A stretch of DNA of 59,648 nt, the filler included, from Sphacelaria rigidula (lineage: Eukaryota), in the NCBI GenBank assembly GCA_964200075.2. It is 9 parts of 9 records of this genome, joined end to end, with 100 filler letters (N's around TTAATTAATTAA, not from the genome) between each part and the next. Parts side by side here need not be neighbours in the genome. Positions count along the whole stretch, not along the records: positions 33,196 to 39,734 come from CAXNAA020019475.1; positions 39,835 to 46,372 come from CAXNAA020019476.1; positions 46,473 to 53,010 come from CAXNAA020019477.1; 6 more parts are not named here. One strand, written 5' to 3'. The notes beneath the pieces were generated by a model. That model was given only the letters and a program-made list of their open reading frames with translations. It was not told the DNA's origin and did no database searches. Below are positions 37,401 to 49,745 of the stretch, in pieces; position 1 is the stretch's first letter, and each line of letters starts with the position of its first letter. A program made the translations under genes and the position numbers.

Positions 37401-38487
37401 CACCCTCCGCCGCAGGCAACGGTCTAGCGAAGTGAAACTGTCTATCTCCGCAGTCACCGTCACATAAACGGCACTTTGCATCGACATCAGGGTACTTGTT
37501 GACAAGGGATTGTACGACACCAAGCAAGCGAGGGTTCCCATCAGAAAGGTTTTGATTGGACACGTTGGCCACACTGTCGCAGATATTTGGATCGTCCGTA
37601 GATTCTTGAGAAAGTCCCCTGGGCCAAACGTTGCTAGGAGCACCAAAGCACGGATAGGGGTTGTGAGCAAGGCTTGCCGTGGTGTAGGACGATGATGCGG
37701 GCGGGACGTTCCCGTTGTCAGCGTACGGAATTCCGTTGTCAGAGGTGTATACGTGCATCCCATCATCCACGTCGAAGATGACCTGTGCTCAGGGACGAGC
37801 AGACGTGAAAAGGGTGAAACGCGTTGTAGTTCGTTGTTGCCGTGTGAGGAAGTGGAAGTCAAACGGTGCATCTCTTCGTACTCAATATTGGGGTTATTGT
37901 GCGCACTGGATCGGGCGTGGGTTGCTTGCTGTATAATCTACTACTATATTCGATGTCATCGCTTGCTTCCGCACCCGCGGGTCTTCTTCGATTGATGTAT
38001 TTGTGCATGGAACCTTTCTGTCATTCTCGATTCGGATGTCACAAGAGAGCAAGACGAGAGCACGGCGCATGACTGTAGACACCGCAACAGCAATATTTAT
38101 GTGTCGAGCGCAATACAACAACACTACCGACCACATGATCAAACTCGGAATTCTTGGGACTCCCCGTCACACGCGGTATGGCCCCATGTCACGTTGGTGT
38201 GGACACACGTACTACGTCGACTCGTGGAAGCCCACGGCATTAATTGATACGTACAATCATTCCACCTACGCCTGCGGAACGCAAGCAGCAACGCTCATAA
38301 CGCAGGACGCTAACCTTCGCCCCGTGGTGTATTGCGTAGAGGTAGCCGACACTCTTCCGACTGAGATGACTCCACGGGAGAAGCTTAGTGATCCGATACG
38401 GCATGGCCTCTTGATCTGATGGTGACAGGTACGTCACAGTCTCCAAACCGTGGTGTTTGGATCCTGCGGAACCGTAGTGTTTGGATG
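34412..38487 (-). CDS. Two-domain putative glycosyltransferase: STELLO/DUF288-like domain plus C-terminal GT31 (galactosyltransferase-like) domain; 5'-partial. Exons: 38487 or 38463-38315, 37782-37330, 36666-36514, 35779-34412 (stop)
   Basis: STELLO-type motifs: YLSPSDQ..LPWSHLSRKSVGYLYAIHHGAK|VIFDVDD, NPYPCFG..VWPRGL, QSLVNKYPDVDA, PYNAQ|ATL..AFWGLLLPVTV..RVSDIWRSYF, GTLVEFL..EEDV....AWLHDI. GT31 motifs in the same final exon: VIAIPSA..ERRRAIRESW, EHGDVI, YFIKLDDDYF. Confidence 0.85.
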
Positions 38488-39018
38488 CTGCGGAAGCATA
38501 TCGCACACCACGGAATTCATCAAGTGTTGTAAGTTCAGCCCACGTATCAATGACCAACCTAAGTAGCGTACTATTCAGAGGGTGGCGTATCATTCCCCAT
38601 CAATTTGGCATCGAGTACTGCAGTGCTGTCTATCTGCAAGCTTGAACCACCTGTGAGGCATCAGACCCATGGCGAGGTTCGCCATTTCGCAAAACTTATA
38701 TCCACCGATATAGCTGGATCCTTATTTCCACCGTAACCTTTTATCATGACCGATTCCGCGGTGTTTTTTTTTTATTCGAGAGCCCACATTGTTTCAATCA
38801 GCTGCCCGTTACGGATGTGTGCAAACAAACGGAAGCCTTCACGACTTGTACCGGAGTGCAGGCAGTAGTACATAGCAGTAACACACACGCAGTAAACAAA
38901 GTGAACCCTTCACGTGTAGTACCGTAGTGCAGGCAGTAGTCAGTAGTCATATTCTCTGCATCTGCATCCACTGCCATGGACGTGCAGCTGCATGTGACCT
39001 CGAACCCTACAGTGAAAA

Positions 39019-39235
39019 CGGTGTAATGCGTGAGAGGACCGCGTGCTTAGAGGACCGCATCGGAATTTGAACACCCCTGTGGTTACGGTTCGTGTTCGGG
39101 TTAGTGTTGCGGCCAGGATCAGGGGCGTGGTACCTGCAGGGACTGACCCGATTGGTTTTGAAAAACCTCGATCCTGAGGTATTTTGAACTACGGCGCGGT
39201 CCTCTGAGTACGCGGTCTTCTCACCCATCACAACG
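39019..39235. mobile_element. ~217-bp MITE with ~40-bp TIRs
   Basis: CGGTGTAATGCGTGAGAGGACCGCGTGCTTAGAGGACCGC / GCGGTCCTCTGAGTACGCGGTCTTCTCACCCATCACAACG. A related TIR lies at ~19937-19963. No clear TSD. Confidence 0.8.
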
Positions 39236-39734
39236 GTATAGTACTGTACTGTATTGGCAAAGCACAGCTACCTGCTGTGCTCGCGAGTACAGCCCGTGCT
39301 TGTAATCTGGCAGAGTACAGCCTGTACTCGGACATGGAGTAGTATAAGATAACAAGTACAGACTACAGCTGTGCCGTGTTTGCGGAGCATAGCCTATAGT
39401 TGTAATATCGTACTGTTCGCAAAATCCACGGCCTGTATTGTGACTCTGCAACACCCTGGCACTCATTGCACTACTTTTATACCGTAAAGTCTACATCGTA
39501 CAGGATGTATTATGCCCATCATCTCGAGAAAAAAAATCTCATCCACAGCACCACTGGATGATGAAAGATCGAAGTGGGTGTTTTCCGTCGTGCTCAACAT
39601 TAGAGAGTTTCGGGAAAAAAAAACACAAGTCAGGGATAAAAGCGAGAACGACTGGATTGTTTACGCTTAAACCCCAGGTTTATTTTTATTTCTTTTTACC
39701 ACGTAGGTGTGGACCGTGGCCAACTTTTCAGGGT

Positions 39735-39834
39735 NNNNNNNNNNNNNNNNNNNNNNNNNNNNNNNNNNNNNNNNNNNNTTAATTAATTAANNNNNNNNNN
39801 NNNNNNNNNNNNNNNNNNNNNNNNNNNNNNNNNN
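39735..39834. other. Artificial contig spacer
   Basis: N44-TTAATTAATTAA-N44. Confidence 0.99.
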
Positions 39835-39857
39835 CAAAAGGTGGGTCAAACGTCATA

Positions 39858-39909
39858 AAAGTGAACAATCCGTGGGTAAAAGATCTGTTTGCCATAACAT
39901 CCGGCCTAA
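39858..39909. repeat. Dispersed repeat fragment; inverted copy at 53591-53642
   Basis: AAAGTGAACAATCCGTGGG.AAAA.ATCTGT.TGCCATAACATCCGGCCTAA is shared between the two sites. Confidence 0.8.
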
Positions 39910-40419
39910 GACACGGCCAGAGTGCCGTTGTGGCCTATTCACTGAAAACCGTTGTGCCTTTTCAAAGTTCATAAGGGAACGAAAAAGAACCACGCTCACC
40001 TTCATCATCATGGTCACAGCCAGCCCAAAATCAATACACCCTAACAGGCAAAGTGGGATATCCATTGCAATTGTCACGCACATCACAATGGGCCATTCAC
40101 GAAGTACCTTAGCGTCGCAATCAGAGGATCTCCCTGACGCCGCCATGGTATCAGCATTCGCTTGGTTGTGTTTCGTGAAAAATTAATGCTTGACGGGTAC
40201 ATGACGTTGCCTTGGGTGCAGCTCCTCCCTCTTGCCAGCCTCAGCGGAAAGATGGTGAGAATGATTCGTAGTCTACAGCGCACAAGAAGTACTACACCCA
40301 ACTGCATTGTCATTCCGTTAGAAGCCATGACGTCTTGCACCACCGTCATGGGTGGCACGTTGGCAAATCATTACAATGCGGCTTTGTCTGTTGTTTGAAA
40401 GTGCTGCGTACTGTACTAC

Positions 40420-40620
40420 TGTATAACTGACCGTCTGTAAGGTATCGCTGTAGTTCACCGTACCGCATTGAACTGTTGTAGGATTCGGCATTGCGCTGTC
40501 TGTACTGTGCTGCGTATCGTACTAGTTTACAACTGACTGTCTGTACGGTATACCTGTACTTCACCGTACCGCATTGAATTGTTGTAGGGTTCGGCATTAC
40601 ACTCTCTGTACTGTACTTTA
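40420..40620. repeat. ~106-bp tandem duplication in a TACTG/TACAG-rich tract
   Basis: TTCACCGTACCGCATTGAA.TGTTGTAGG.TTCGGCATT occurs at 40454 and 40560. Confidence 0.85.
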
Positions 40621-41059
40621 CACTGCACAGCACTACTGCCCTGTTGCGCACCGTAGTGGACTGAAGTACTGTACGTGCAGTATAAGTGCAGTGAAGCATA
40701 GTGTGCGGTGCCGCAGGGTACGGTACAACATAGACTCACTGCTATCGTACAGTCAGTGCTGTGCTGGCCTCTGCATTTTCGAACTGGACGCTGGTCGACC
40801 GCACATTTGGCAGCACAACCTGCGGTCAATCACCGCGACAAAGAAAATCCACGTCAATCCATGTCACATCAGCTTCTGCTACGAACTTTTTAGCGTCCAC
40901 TCCGTAGTTCTAGAGCTTCCACTCTGGATTCTGATCCTATGATGAGTATTTTTTCTCCCGAAACCCTCCCATGTATTATATTTCCAATACACTAGAAATT
41001 TCGTTGGAGCACAGCACAAAATTCTCTCATCGCTGAGAGTGCGTCATCCCACGGGCTTT

Positions 41060-41320
41060 ATCGAGCCCTGGCAACTCGGCCTTTCTTCCACCTGAAATTA
41101 GAGTAGATCCTCGAGCCCTCACAGCCATATTTCCGTTCAGTTCAAAATGGAGTACAGTTATTTTTTCGTGGAGTGCTGGCAACCGACAATTTTGTTCACC
41201 AGACATTGGAGTACATTTGTCCTTCCTGCCTGTGGAGACCGGGCGACCGGCATCTCGTTCACTCGAAACAACAGTGTGTTTTTTCCCGTCGAGCCCCGGC
41301 AGCCCACAATTTCGTTCACG
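41060..41320. repeat. Degenerate ~50-60-bp tandem repeat (4-5 units)
   Basis: Recurring GT(C/G)GAG..C(T/C)GGCA.C..CAATTT.GTTCAC blocks. Confidence 0.55.
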
Positions 41321-41589
41321 TCCATGTTTGTGTCGCACCACATCAACAACACCGAATCGCTGTCTTCTGAATACTAGGTGCTGCATGTTCTCCAACAAGG
41401 GTCTCCCAATCTGCACACGTCTACGCCGCCGCCAAAGTGACGGGGACCCTCTCTCTTCTGTCTGTCGAGCTCACACACCACCACACACTGCCATCCAGAC
41501 ATATAAGACATGCTGCGTAGTGAGCGACCAAATTGTTTCCTTTTTTTTACGCTAAAATTTGTGGCGCCAGCCCGAAGAAGAACTACTGG

Positions 41590-43590
41590 GTCATTGCGGT
41601 TTGAGGGACTCCCCCGATCTTACTGGCCTCAGTTTCAGTTGTCAGCCTTTTACACTCCGGACAATAGACGGCATCTATTGCGATAACAATGAAATTTGCT
41701 GCAGTTGATGCCAATATTGTCGTCCGTAATGGCCATCCATCGTCGAGTTCATCTTTCTATTGTCATTGATAATGTCTATCGATAGACCAGTTTCCCACAC
41801 TTTTGTCTGGGCAGCAGTCTGCTGCGGCCCCACACCGAAATCTAGTGCGGCCGACCAAATGCATCGATCGATAGCTTTCCAAATCTATCATGACTGCAAT
41901 GGCTGTCGATAGACCGCGTGCCAAATCTATTGATAACGATGATGGCTATTGACAGATTGTACACCAAATCTATTGATTACGGCGATAGCCTTTGACAGGT
42001 TGCGTATAAACCTATGCTCGGCGGCAATGACTATTGATAGATACACACCAGAATCTACTGTGGTATACAATGCCTACCGATAGATATTATCTGCCCTCTA
42101 TTGCCACACCTACATCGCAACATACGACGCGTATGAAGCATATTATACTCCGTTCGGGTACGGTACAGAAGCCGCAGGTGGACATGCAGTGGGTATATAA
42201 TGATGATGACACTACTTGTGAATATATGACATCACATTTCTACAATTTGGAACGCTTGTATTTAGTAGGAATCCGCCATATGCGTGGACAAAAGTTTGCA
42301 ACTTTTGTTGTTGGTGTGGTGTTGGTACTTATGGGTGTCCCTCTGATGGACTTGAGCGCTTACAGTATTTTTGTCTGTCAATGTTCATTGTCACTCATAA
42401 TCGAATGGCATCAAAGTCTATCGATAGCTATTGTAGGCGACAACAGATTCGGGACAAGGGACAGAGTGTATCATTGCCGTGACAATGGAGGGGCCAAGTT
42501 GTCTATCGATACGTTTTTTTGTTGCAATAGGCTCTGAATCGTGGCCACCAATGTCTCCTGAGGGTCACAATAGGATCTGTCGCGCGGCCAGCAATACATT
42601 TTGTTGGTCGAAATAGGATATCAATTGAGCCCACCAATGTCTATTAAGGCTCACAATAGGATATGAATCGCGGCCACCAACGCCTACCGCTGGTCACAAT
42701 GTAATCTGAATCGCGGCCATTAATATCTATTGCTGACCACAGAAGTAGCTAAATGGCGTCGATCACTAGCGCCATGTATGGACAAATTTTGCTGTACGTT
42801 TCCATCTTGTGCCACAGAAGCTATGGCCAGCTATCGCCTCAGGTGGTTGCCTATTTATGTGTAAGGGGTATTACCGTTGATGTCATGAGACCACTGCAGT
42901 GAGCACTCTTTCAAATCCTATCGTTGGCGTCACTGGCTATCGACAGGTGCTCCCGAGAACAATGGAATGTTGACGGCAATGCCTATATTAGTATATACCA
43001 AAAAATGCGTTGTTGGCGGTAGAGGCTACCGATAGACGGCTAACCAAATATACTGATGGCGGTAATAGGTATTGATAGATGGCTCACTAAATCTACTGAT
43101 AACGGCGATGACTATCGATGGATATATCACCAAAAATCTTGATGGCGATGGCTATCGATATATACAACCCAGAGTCTATGGCGGTACACGATGTCTATCG
43201 ATGGCGAGTGATCTTCGTTTATTGTAATTGCCATAAACTATCGATCGACTATTGCAACGCCCATTGTCCCTTGGGAATAAATATCAATGGATGTGTTTCA
43301 CCATCTATCGTGTTCGATAATATATATATATATATATCGATAGATTTCCCCCCGTGTCTATTGCTGAAGTAATAGACTATTTTTGTGTCCATTGTCCAGA
43401 GTGTGCAGCCTTTACAAAATTTCATCATCCGGAGTGCCCTTGCAGACACAGCCTTTTAGACCCGCCGGGGAATCATCGCCGTGTCCCCGGTCATCATCAA
43501 GAATCCTCCCAGAATCCTCCAGAACCCCCGTGTCCCCGGTCATTATCCACATCATCACTACAGGCTGATTCACGCTCATTACCCAAAATT
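41590..43590 (-). mobile_element. Gypsy-LTR-related segment (homologous to ~17895-18085) split by a DNA element
   Basis: 41600-41650 (TTGAGGGACTCCCC..ACTGGCCTCAGTTTCAGTTGT) and 43414-43565 (..TCCGGAGTGCC..TGTCC..GTCATTATCCACATCATCACTACAG) match consecutive parts of 17904-18059. Confidence 0.65.
41651..43405. mobile_element. 1755-bp non-autonomous TIR element (family B; CACAC..GTGTG termini, 8-bp TSD)
   Basis: TIR TACACTCCGGACAATAGAC / GTCCATTGTCCAGAGTGTG; perfect TSD CAGCCTTT (41643-41650 and 43406-43413); many CTATCGAT/CTATTGAT motifs; ~43-bp tandem array at ~42526-42740; no credible ORF. Confidence 0.9.
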
Positions 43591-45064
43591 GTGTCATCAG
43601 CAACTGCCTTCCCCAATACCTACCCAATAGTCGCATACATGATATCATACTGACCACCATAGACAGCCGAAGAGCCTGACTTTGCCGGATTTGTATGTAA
43701 GGCCATAGTGGTAGCGCAAAGGGCAAAAAGGTATATCGACCAATCAACGCCCGCCAAATTGTTCCGAGATCGAAAATACGAATTCCAAGCCCAACTTCCA
43801 CCAAATCTCCACATGCTTCGAATCGTAGTAACCGTCATCGGCTCGGGAATCTAAATGAGAAACATATTCTAAAACGGTTACTACGGGGGTCGAATTATAC
43901 TTGGAACCGTGATGTTTCGGTGATGTCCGGTGTTGGCGTCGTCTAAATTCCACAAATGATGCACACGGAAGACCCAGGGAGCCTCGCGACCGTGTCCCCT
44001 ATATCTTTTGTAGAAAAGCTCAGATCGCCCTCAAATTTGGCAGTTCCGTAGGTATTGATGCTCCGAATGGAACATTTGTATTCTTGACGATATTTCATGG
44101 TCTCTCCGTTCTCTACTGGCTTCCGGGGGTCCAGTGTGAAGACCCCCGGGAGGCGGTACAGAATACCCTCAGAGAAAAATAATAAAACGATGCGTCCCAA
44201 GTCCCAAGATAGTCCAGTGAACACATGTACAAAGTTTGGTAAAGAAACTCGAAAACCTCATATAGTTTTTTTTGCCTTGACGTAAAATTCATCTCCCAAG
44301 ACGTTTCCATACGAAAACCAAGGAGTTAGGAGTTGCAAGTTTCAAGCCCACGTCCTCCGCAAACGCGCAAACCTTCACGCCCTTATTAGGATTTGGATCC
44401 TGCAACTTAGCACAAATGTGCCATGTATCATCACGCAACTTGTTATGGGCCATATTTCTTTACTTCTTGAGTCTTCTTAGTTTTCAGGGAGTTCGACGGT
44501 ATCCAAGTCGTTTTTCGAAGTAGTCACCATTTTGGGACCTCGAAAACCGGCACTACGATATTTTTTCTCATGTTTTCGTGAACGAGCTGTCGCCGCATAA
44601 CCCAAGGAAGGCCCCCACGAATTTTCGTCCCAACATTCGATCAACTGATGCTTGAATTTTCATATTAACGTCAAAGAAGGCCCGAAAACGCCGTTTTCGT
44701 ACTAAAATCAAGTAGTTTGCGGTTTCACCGCAGCACGTCAAGGCTCATCGCACAAGAGCGAAAAACCTCACGCCGTTTCAAGGAGATAGACTTTGAAATT
44801 TTGCACAACTGTGCTATGGATCATTGTGCAAGTTTGGATGAACGAGGTTTTTCGAGTTTTTCCCTTCTTTACCGTTTTACGGGGGTCCGATTGGATCAAT
44901 GATCCCCGGAAAAAAACTGGGACCCCCGAAAAACGGTGAAAAAAAGTCGAAAAGTCGGAAAACTTCGACCTTCGAAAGTTGCGTAATGTCCCATGAAACA
45001 TGTGTGCAGGATTTCAGGGCCTGACTCCTTGAAACGGCGTGAGGGTACGGGTCATCATTCGGAA

Positions 45065-46196
45065 ACGCCATAGGCGGACTGGACCACACCGCTTGCAAGA
45101 TCTGGAACACCAACCCGAATGCCAGAAGAGCCGCCATGCACGACGCCAACCAACTCGACTTCAACGGATCGTACTGCCGCGGCTTCGTCTTCACCGCGGA
45201 CGCCACAGGTTTAGCTGAACACGCATGGGCTCCACGCGCGCAGGGGCATCACCCCGCAGCGCACGACGAAACGCGTTGACGCGGCGATGCAAGATGCCGC
45301 GCAGGCGCTCCGCTTTTGAGATGCTGAGGCCTTTCGCCATAGCATCCGTCACGCTCTCCTCCAGCGCGAGCTTTCGAGCGGACTCTTCTTCCACAGGATC
45401 CACAAACGTCTCCGGGCCGCGCTCCACCAAGCGTTCCATCGCCTCATCCCGCTCCTCGGTCACCTGCCCCAGCCTCCTGAAAAGCATCCACCGACAAGCT
45501 CACACGACGACTGCCCCAAAAGGAAGGCGTCTCCACGCGCGGACCAGGCGGAGACATCCGCGTCTTCATGGAGTCCCACAACCGCGCATACGGGTCGACT
45601 CCAAGATCGTGGAGCGTCGGCAACCCCAGAAGAATGACGCCATCCGACCCCGGCATGATCGCAAACGAGGTCGGAGGCAACGGCGACGGGCCCCAGAAAG
45701 TCGTGAAAGCCAACTGCAGCGGAACAGTACGCTCCGTGACGGAAAGATGCTGACCCGACGCGGTGACGGCCTGCCGCGCCCCGAGCGAAAACGGAATGCG
45801 CAGCGGCTCACTCGGGGTAAGCCGCTCCAACATCTCTACAATCTGCACCGACAGACTCGTGAAGTGGGCGCCAGAATTCAACACGGTCCGAATCGCAATG
45901 GCTCCACGCTCCCGTTAATTTGGAAGACACAGCTCCACAGGAACGTACTTGTCCGCAAACTCCACTGGCACTTCATCCGCCGACCGATGCGCCGCTAATC
46001 TCACTTGACGCCACGGCTACGCAGGCTGCGCAGGCGAAGACGCCCCGACAGGTTCAAACGGCACCGCCGGCGGGTACGACCCTCAGTCAGCAGACCAAGA
46101 ATTTTGCGACCAGCGCATCAGCAGGCGTCGCACCTAGCGCTGCTGCCGGCGTCGCCACAGGCGTCACCACCGGCGTCACCACCGGCGCCGGCGCAG
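45065..46196 (-). pseudogene. Second Ty3/Gypsy fragment (gag end, protease, start of RT), related to the contig-3 element
   Basis: VLNSGAHFTSL..SFAIMPGSDGVILLGLPTL..ERLVERGP..NAFRRALRGDAPARVEPMRV..AVWSSP parallels the 15015-16343 ORF. The protease catalytic Asp reads Asn; frameshifts are present. Confidence 0.92.
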
Positions 46197-46372
46197 TTTT
46201 TTTTTTCCTCACACTTTGAACTCCTCCCCTTCCTCGGGATGAGCCCGTGGTCTCGAGGAATCAACACATCTCTCCCCCGGTACGTGCCTTTCATTTTGGT
46301 CTTGTGGATTGGATCAGCCCTCCCGCACCGCGTCAACTCACCTCACACAAACCCAGTCGACTACTTTGTTTA
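46197..46372 (-). mobile_element. Possible 3' end of a poly(A)-tailed retroposon inserted into the Gypsy fragment
   Basis: Gypsy homology stops abruptly at a T10 run (poly-A on the minus strand), followed by unrelated sequence up to the contig end. Confidence 0.4.
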
Positions 46373-46472
46373 NNNNNNNNNNNNNNNNNNNNNNNNNNNN
46401 NNNNNNNNNNNNNNNNTTAATTAATTAANNNNNNNNNNNNNNNNNNNNNNNNNNNNNNNNNNNNNNNNNNNN
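46373..46472. other. Artificial contig spacer
   Basis: N44-TTAATTAATTAA-N44. Confidence 0.99.
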
Positions 46473-46533
46473 GCCCCCCCGGCCCCCCCCCCCCCCCCAC
46501 GGTGCGTTCCTTGCCCCCCCCCCCCCGCCCCGC

Positions 46534-46567
<34 letters not shown>

Positions 46568-48989
46568 ACCACTCTCTCCTCTCCCCCGCCCACTTGAAAC
46601 CCCCGGATGTCCCCGGACTGTCAGCCTGTGAAACTGTTCCAAGGCGACGCTCGCTGTCTGAGGATTAAGGACTAAATATTGCTCAGAAAACATTCACCAA
46701 TAAGGATATGATGACCAAATAAGTTAGCTTAGCTACGAAGCAACCTTCCATGAGTCCAAAACCTAGACACCCTTCGATCTCTCCTATCTATACCAGGCGA
46801 GCTAAAGCCTAGCTCACGCTATAATACTCGTCAGAGCTGCTTATCCTGAACTGACCAAAGTTGGCTACGGTTGGTACATCGTATACCGCCATCACGGAAG
46901 GAGATAAAAGGTCATAACCAGACTGCACAACAGTGCCAAAGACGACCACGGCGCGCTCTGGAGCAGCGTCGCAAGGGCCAAGAACGACACATCGCCGATC
47001 AAGTACGTCACGTGGCGGACGGGAATAGGCAAGGCAAATTTTGGAGGATAGCTCGATCGGTATGTAGCATACATTCTTAATATCATTTTTAACAAAAACG
47101 ACAGGGGTTGGTGACAACGAAGCCATCGACCGGTGTCATGTGTCATCACATAACATGTTTCCAAACGGAACCTGAACTGAAGACCGCGGGTGTTTCACTT
47201 CACAACGTAGACGCACAAGGGACCGCCTCCAAAAATCCAGCAGCTTCCTGATCGTAATACAACAGCCAGGAGCAAGGCTCTTCACTATGTTCACGTGTAC
47301 AGTCGATTTTGCTACAGTACACAGCTAGCGATCACCCCACAGGCGATAACCATAGCAGGCGCGGACCGCGAAACATGCTCCTGGCTCCGACACAGCGAAA
47401 CCGCTCTACGGGGCTGACACAGACTAGCTGCTGCGCACCGCAGCACCGTACATGCACTTGCAAGAGCACGCGGCAGCGCACGACAACAGCCGCTTTCATT
47501 TTTTCGCGTATTGAAAGCACTACTGAAAAGGTTCTACGCAACTCACCGCGTAAATGTAATAGCCCTTGCCACCCTCTACCCACCGCTGTACGATAGCTCT
47601 GCTGGCCTGCAGCAGCGTAGACAGCACCTCTAGGCCGGGTGCTACGCGTAAACAGTGTCATGATACATCGCCGTGGTGGGCTGGAATGGAAACACAAAAG
47701 CAAACACGCAACCGGCGGCGACCAAGCATGGCAGGCCTTATTGTGACTGGAAGGAGCTTGGTAGGCCGGAGATCTGTCATCGTTGGCAAGGCAAGCATAT
47801 GGAACGCACACACGCATATTGCATAACCAACGGTAGCTTAGCGAGAGTCGCATTGAACTTTAACCCAACGAATGCTCCGTACTGTCTGTACTACAGATCC
47901 TACTGCATAATTACGCAGGGAATCAGGGTACAACAGAACACGAGAGGACATGCGCCGCTTCGCTTGTACTCTCCGTAATTTCTGTCAGGTACGGTACCTT
48001 GAGGTGCCATACTTTATTCTACTGCGCTGCTGCAATGCTATTAAAAATAGGAAGCGCCCCCTCTGACGGGCAATATGTGTCTGGTCCACCGCAACAAACG
48101 ATGAACTCGGTTTTCAAGGCCTCTTGGTTGTTGCGCAACATCGTGATGGCTTGTACGACAGTACTGTACTACTACTGCCCAGCAGCACATGGATCATGGT
48201 GACGGAATGGGAAAGTGTGCTAGTGTTACCCCAGCACTGTTTTTTAGATACACCAATACCCGTCGCGACACCTCGGTGGTGGTCGCTGTTGTTGTCGCAA
48301 AATGTTTCAAAGTCGTGCTATGGCGTAGAGGCTGTCGGCGTCAACTCTTTCAGGGCCCAAGGCTTTCTGTTCCGAGAGTACGATCTCACAGTCCCGCAGA
48401 CATGTAGAGTATGACGATTCTATATGTTGATGCTCTTTTCTGACCCTCGGGTGCTAAATCAAGCAGAAATACTAGAGCTCGGAAATGGTTTGTCTGACCA
48501 TCAACCAGTTGGATGTTTACGCGTAGCGCCCTCATTAAGCAGTAAAATGGTACATAATGATTTGGTTATCGAGCGGCGCACTAGCCAAAAAGCCGCCCCC
48601 GGAGGGCCCGCTGGAGGCGCCGTGCCGGATGCACGTTTTGACACGATTTGGCTTCACTAGAGCCAAGAAATACGGTAAATTCGGGCCAATTTTCAAGTGC
48701 TGTATGTAGCATGCGTAGCCGGTAGCGGTAAATAATGGTTTGAAACCATGTACATTTTTTTGATAACCGTCACAATTATTACCAATAGAATGATAATGGC
48801 CAGTTATAACTCGTAGCATTTCCGAGCTCTAAGAAATACATTATCCCTTTCGGAACCCCCCCTTCCGTTCCCAGGCCAGACGCCTCAATATTTCATTTCA
48901 AGCCCTGACAAAGAAGAAAAGATGGGAGCAGAAAGACCAACGGCAACCATTTTAAGGGCGGAAGGCCAGAGAAGAAGATTCGAGAGGAC

Positions 48990-49745
48990 TGAAGTTGTGT
49001 CCTGTAGGGTACGGGTATGTTATGTAGAGTATAAGATTCCTTATAGAACTTACAGAAGTATCGGTACCAGTATGAAAGTCTTGCAGAAATTACAAAACTG
49101 TCGGGTACGGGTTTGAAAGTCCTACATAAATCACAGAACTTGTTGAGTATGGTATGTGAGGCTTACAGAAAAAATTTCCCGGTAATCGGGTATTACTTCA
49201 AGAGCATACCCGCGCTCCTCGTACAGGTAAGCATTTCGTACAGAACCCACAGAACAGTCGGGTAAGGGTATGGGGGGCTTACAGAACTCACAGAAACTGT
49301 CGGGTAGGGTATGGAGGTTTCACAGCAAACCGCACACACAACCGGCTATCGTATCAAGAGCCTACCCATGCCCCCCGGTAACGGTACGGGAGGCTTACAG
49401 CACTCACAGAACTATCGGGTAAGGATACGAAAGCCTTACACAGATTCACACCCTGGACAATATATGGTCAATAGATGCAATAGACGAGAAGTGTACTGCA
49501 TAAAGTATGGGCCTATTGTGACCATTGTCAGCCGACGATAGTCGCAATAGGCCTATACTTGATGCAGTACGTGTCTTGTCTATGGCAACTATTGACCATA
49601 TATTGTCCAAGGTGTGCACAGATTACAGAACTGTCGGGTACCGGTATGAAAGTCTTACAAAAGTCACAGAAATGTCGGGTACAGAAAATACACCGGAAAA
49701 TACCCTGGGTATACAGAAAACCGTACCCTACAGAACACGACCTTG
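48990..49745. mobile_element. TIR element built from ~40-bp internal tandem units (family C)
   Basis: Ends GTTGTGTCCTGTAGGGTACGG / CCGTACCCTACAGAACACGAC(CTTG); internal repeats CTTACAGAACTCACAGAACTGTCGGGTA.GGGTATG. Further copies at 50443-50957 and 57147-57525. Confidence 0.8.
49447..49616. mobile_element. 170-bp palindromic MITE (family B) nested in the family C element
   Basis: CACACCCTGGACAATATATGGTCAATAG.. / ..CTATTGACCATATATTGTCCAAGGTGTG, an almost complete fold-back; perfect TSD CACAGATT (49439-49446 and 49617-49624). Confidence 0.93.

Noticed and set aside
42034..42537. 167-aa ORF as the transposase of the 1.75-kb element
   Set aside because: It has no ATG start in the track, no recognisable motif and is far too short.
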